This document shows positions 63,307-64,000 of a stretch of DNA of 64,000 bases, one piece after another (the first letter of the stretch is position 1; each line of letters starts with the position of its first letter). Location of the stretch: assembly GCF_006345805.1 (NCBI RefSeq), contig NC_042997.1, positions 153,884,001 to 153,948,000 of the forward strand, written 5' to 3'. Under the pieces are notes generated by a model. The model saw only the letters and a program-made list of their open reading frames with translations, was not told the origin of the DNA and searched no databases. Made by a program: the position numbers and the translations under genes. Origin of the DNA: Octopus sinensis (lineage: Eukaryota).

Positions 63307-63719
63307 CTTTTACTCTTTTACTTGTTTCAGTCATTTGACTGCGGCCATGCTGGAGCACCGCCTTTAATCGAGCAAATCGACCCCGGGACTTATTCTTTTG
63401 TAAGCCCAGTACTTATTCTATCGGTCTCTTTTGCCGAACCGCTAAGTAACGGGGACATAAACACACAAGCATCGGTTGTCAAGCAATGCTAGGGGGACAA
63501 ACACAGACACACAAATACACACACGCATATATATATATATATATATATATATACGACGGGCTTCTTTCAGTTTCCGTCTACCAAATCCACTCACAAGGCT
63601 TTGGTCGGCCCGAGGCTATAGTAGAAGACACTTGCCCAAGGTGCCACGCAGTGGGACTGAACCCGGAACCATGTGGTTGGTTAGCAAGCTACTTACCACA
63701 TGGCCTCTCCTGCGCCTAT
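63307..63719 (-). mobile_element. S4 SINE, full-length
   Basis: Reverse complement of the 50655-51112 family, from tail TTTTACTCTTTTACTTGTTTCAGTC to head CCTGCGCCTAT. Confidence 0.88.
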
Positions 63720-64000
63720 TTTCTGACATTTTCTTATAGTTTCATTTTTACCTTTTCTGTGAGATTTTCCTGGATATGTTTTCTCTCGATTATAAACAAC
63801 GCCGTCCAGTTAGAAATCCTCAGTACAAGGAAGTGAGCTGTAATCTCTAAGATCACAAGGAGGCAACTACATTTTTGACATACCTAAGATTACGTCAAAA
63901 GGTTAGTATTTAGTTTTAGGGCGGGGAAATAAGGCCAATCGAGAAGAGCTGCTAACGCTAACGTAGTGTAAATGCATCATATGCTAAAGTGATGAGCCAA

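Overview
AT-rich eukaryotic, repeat-saturated DNA with no host protein-coding gene that I can support. It is probably intronic or intergenic. The tRNA-derived SINE families and dense (TA)n/(TACA)n/(CA)n/(AAT)n microsatellites look like an Octopus (coleoid cephalopod) genome; this is inferred from recognition, not from a search. Most ORFs in the track are microsatellite artefacts. All real coding signal is decayed transposon: CR1/L2-type LINE RT fragments, two R4/Dong-like restriction-endonuclease LINE C-termini (one split by a 1246-bp DD34D mariner), a DD37D maT/mariner fragment, a Penelope-like RT fragment, Helitron Rep and PIF1-helicase fragments, and a gag-like ORF1 remnant. Non-autonomous elements include four SINE families, Helitron-N copies, hAT and Tc1/mariner MITEs and a foldback element. 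The most striking structure is a TSD-flanked 656-bp insertion at 61451-62106 that carries a canonical type I hammerhead ribozyme twice, once on each strand. Other notable features are several more hammerhead-like inverted repeats, local templated-insertion mosaics, a ~550-bp-arm palindrome at 19.0-20.8 kb, and SINE multimers enclosed by single TSDs whose tail matches the 3' end of the gag-like element. All alignments were done by eye. Boundaries are approximate unless TSD/TIR coordinates are given, and some differences between copies may be assembly errors.
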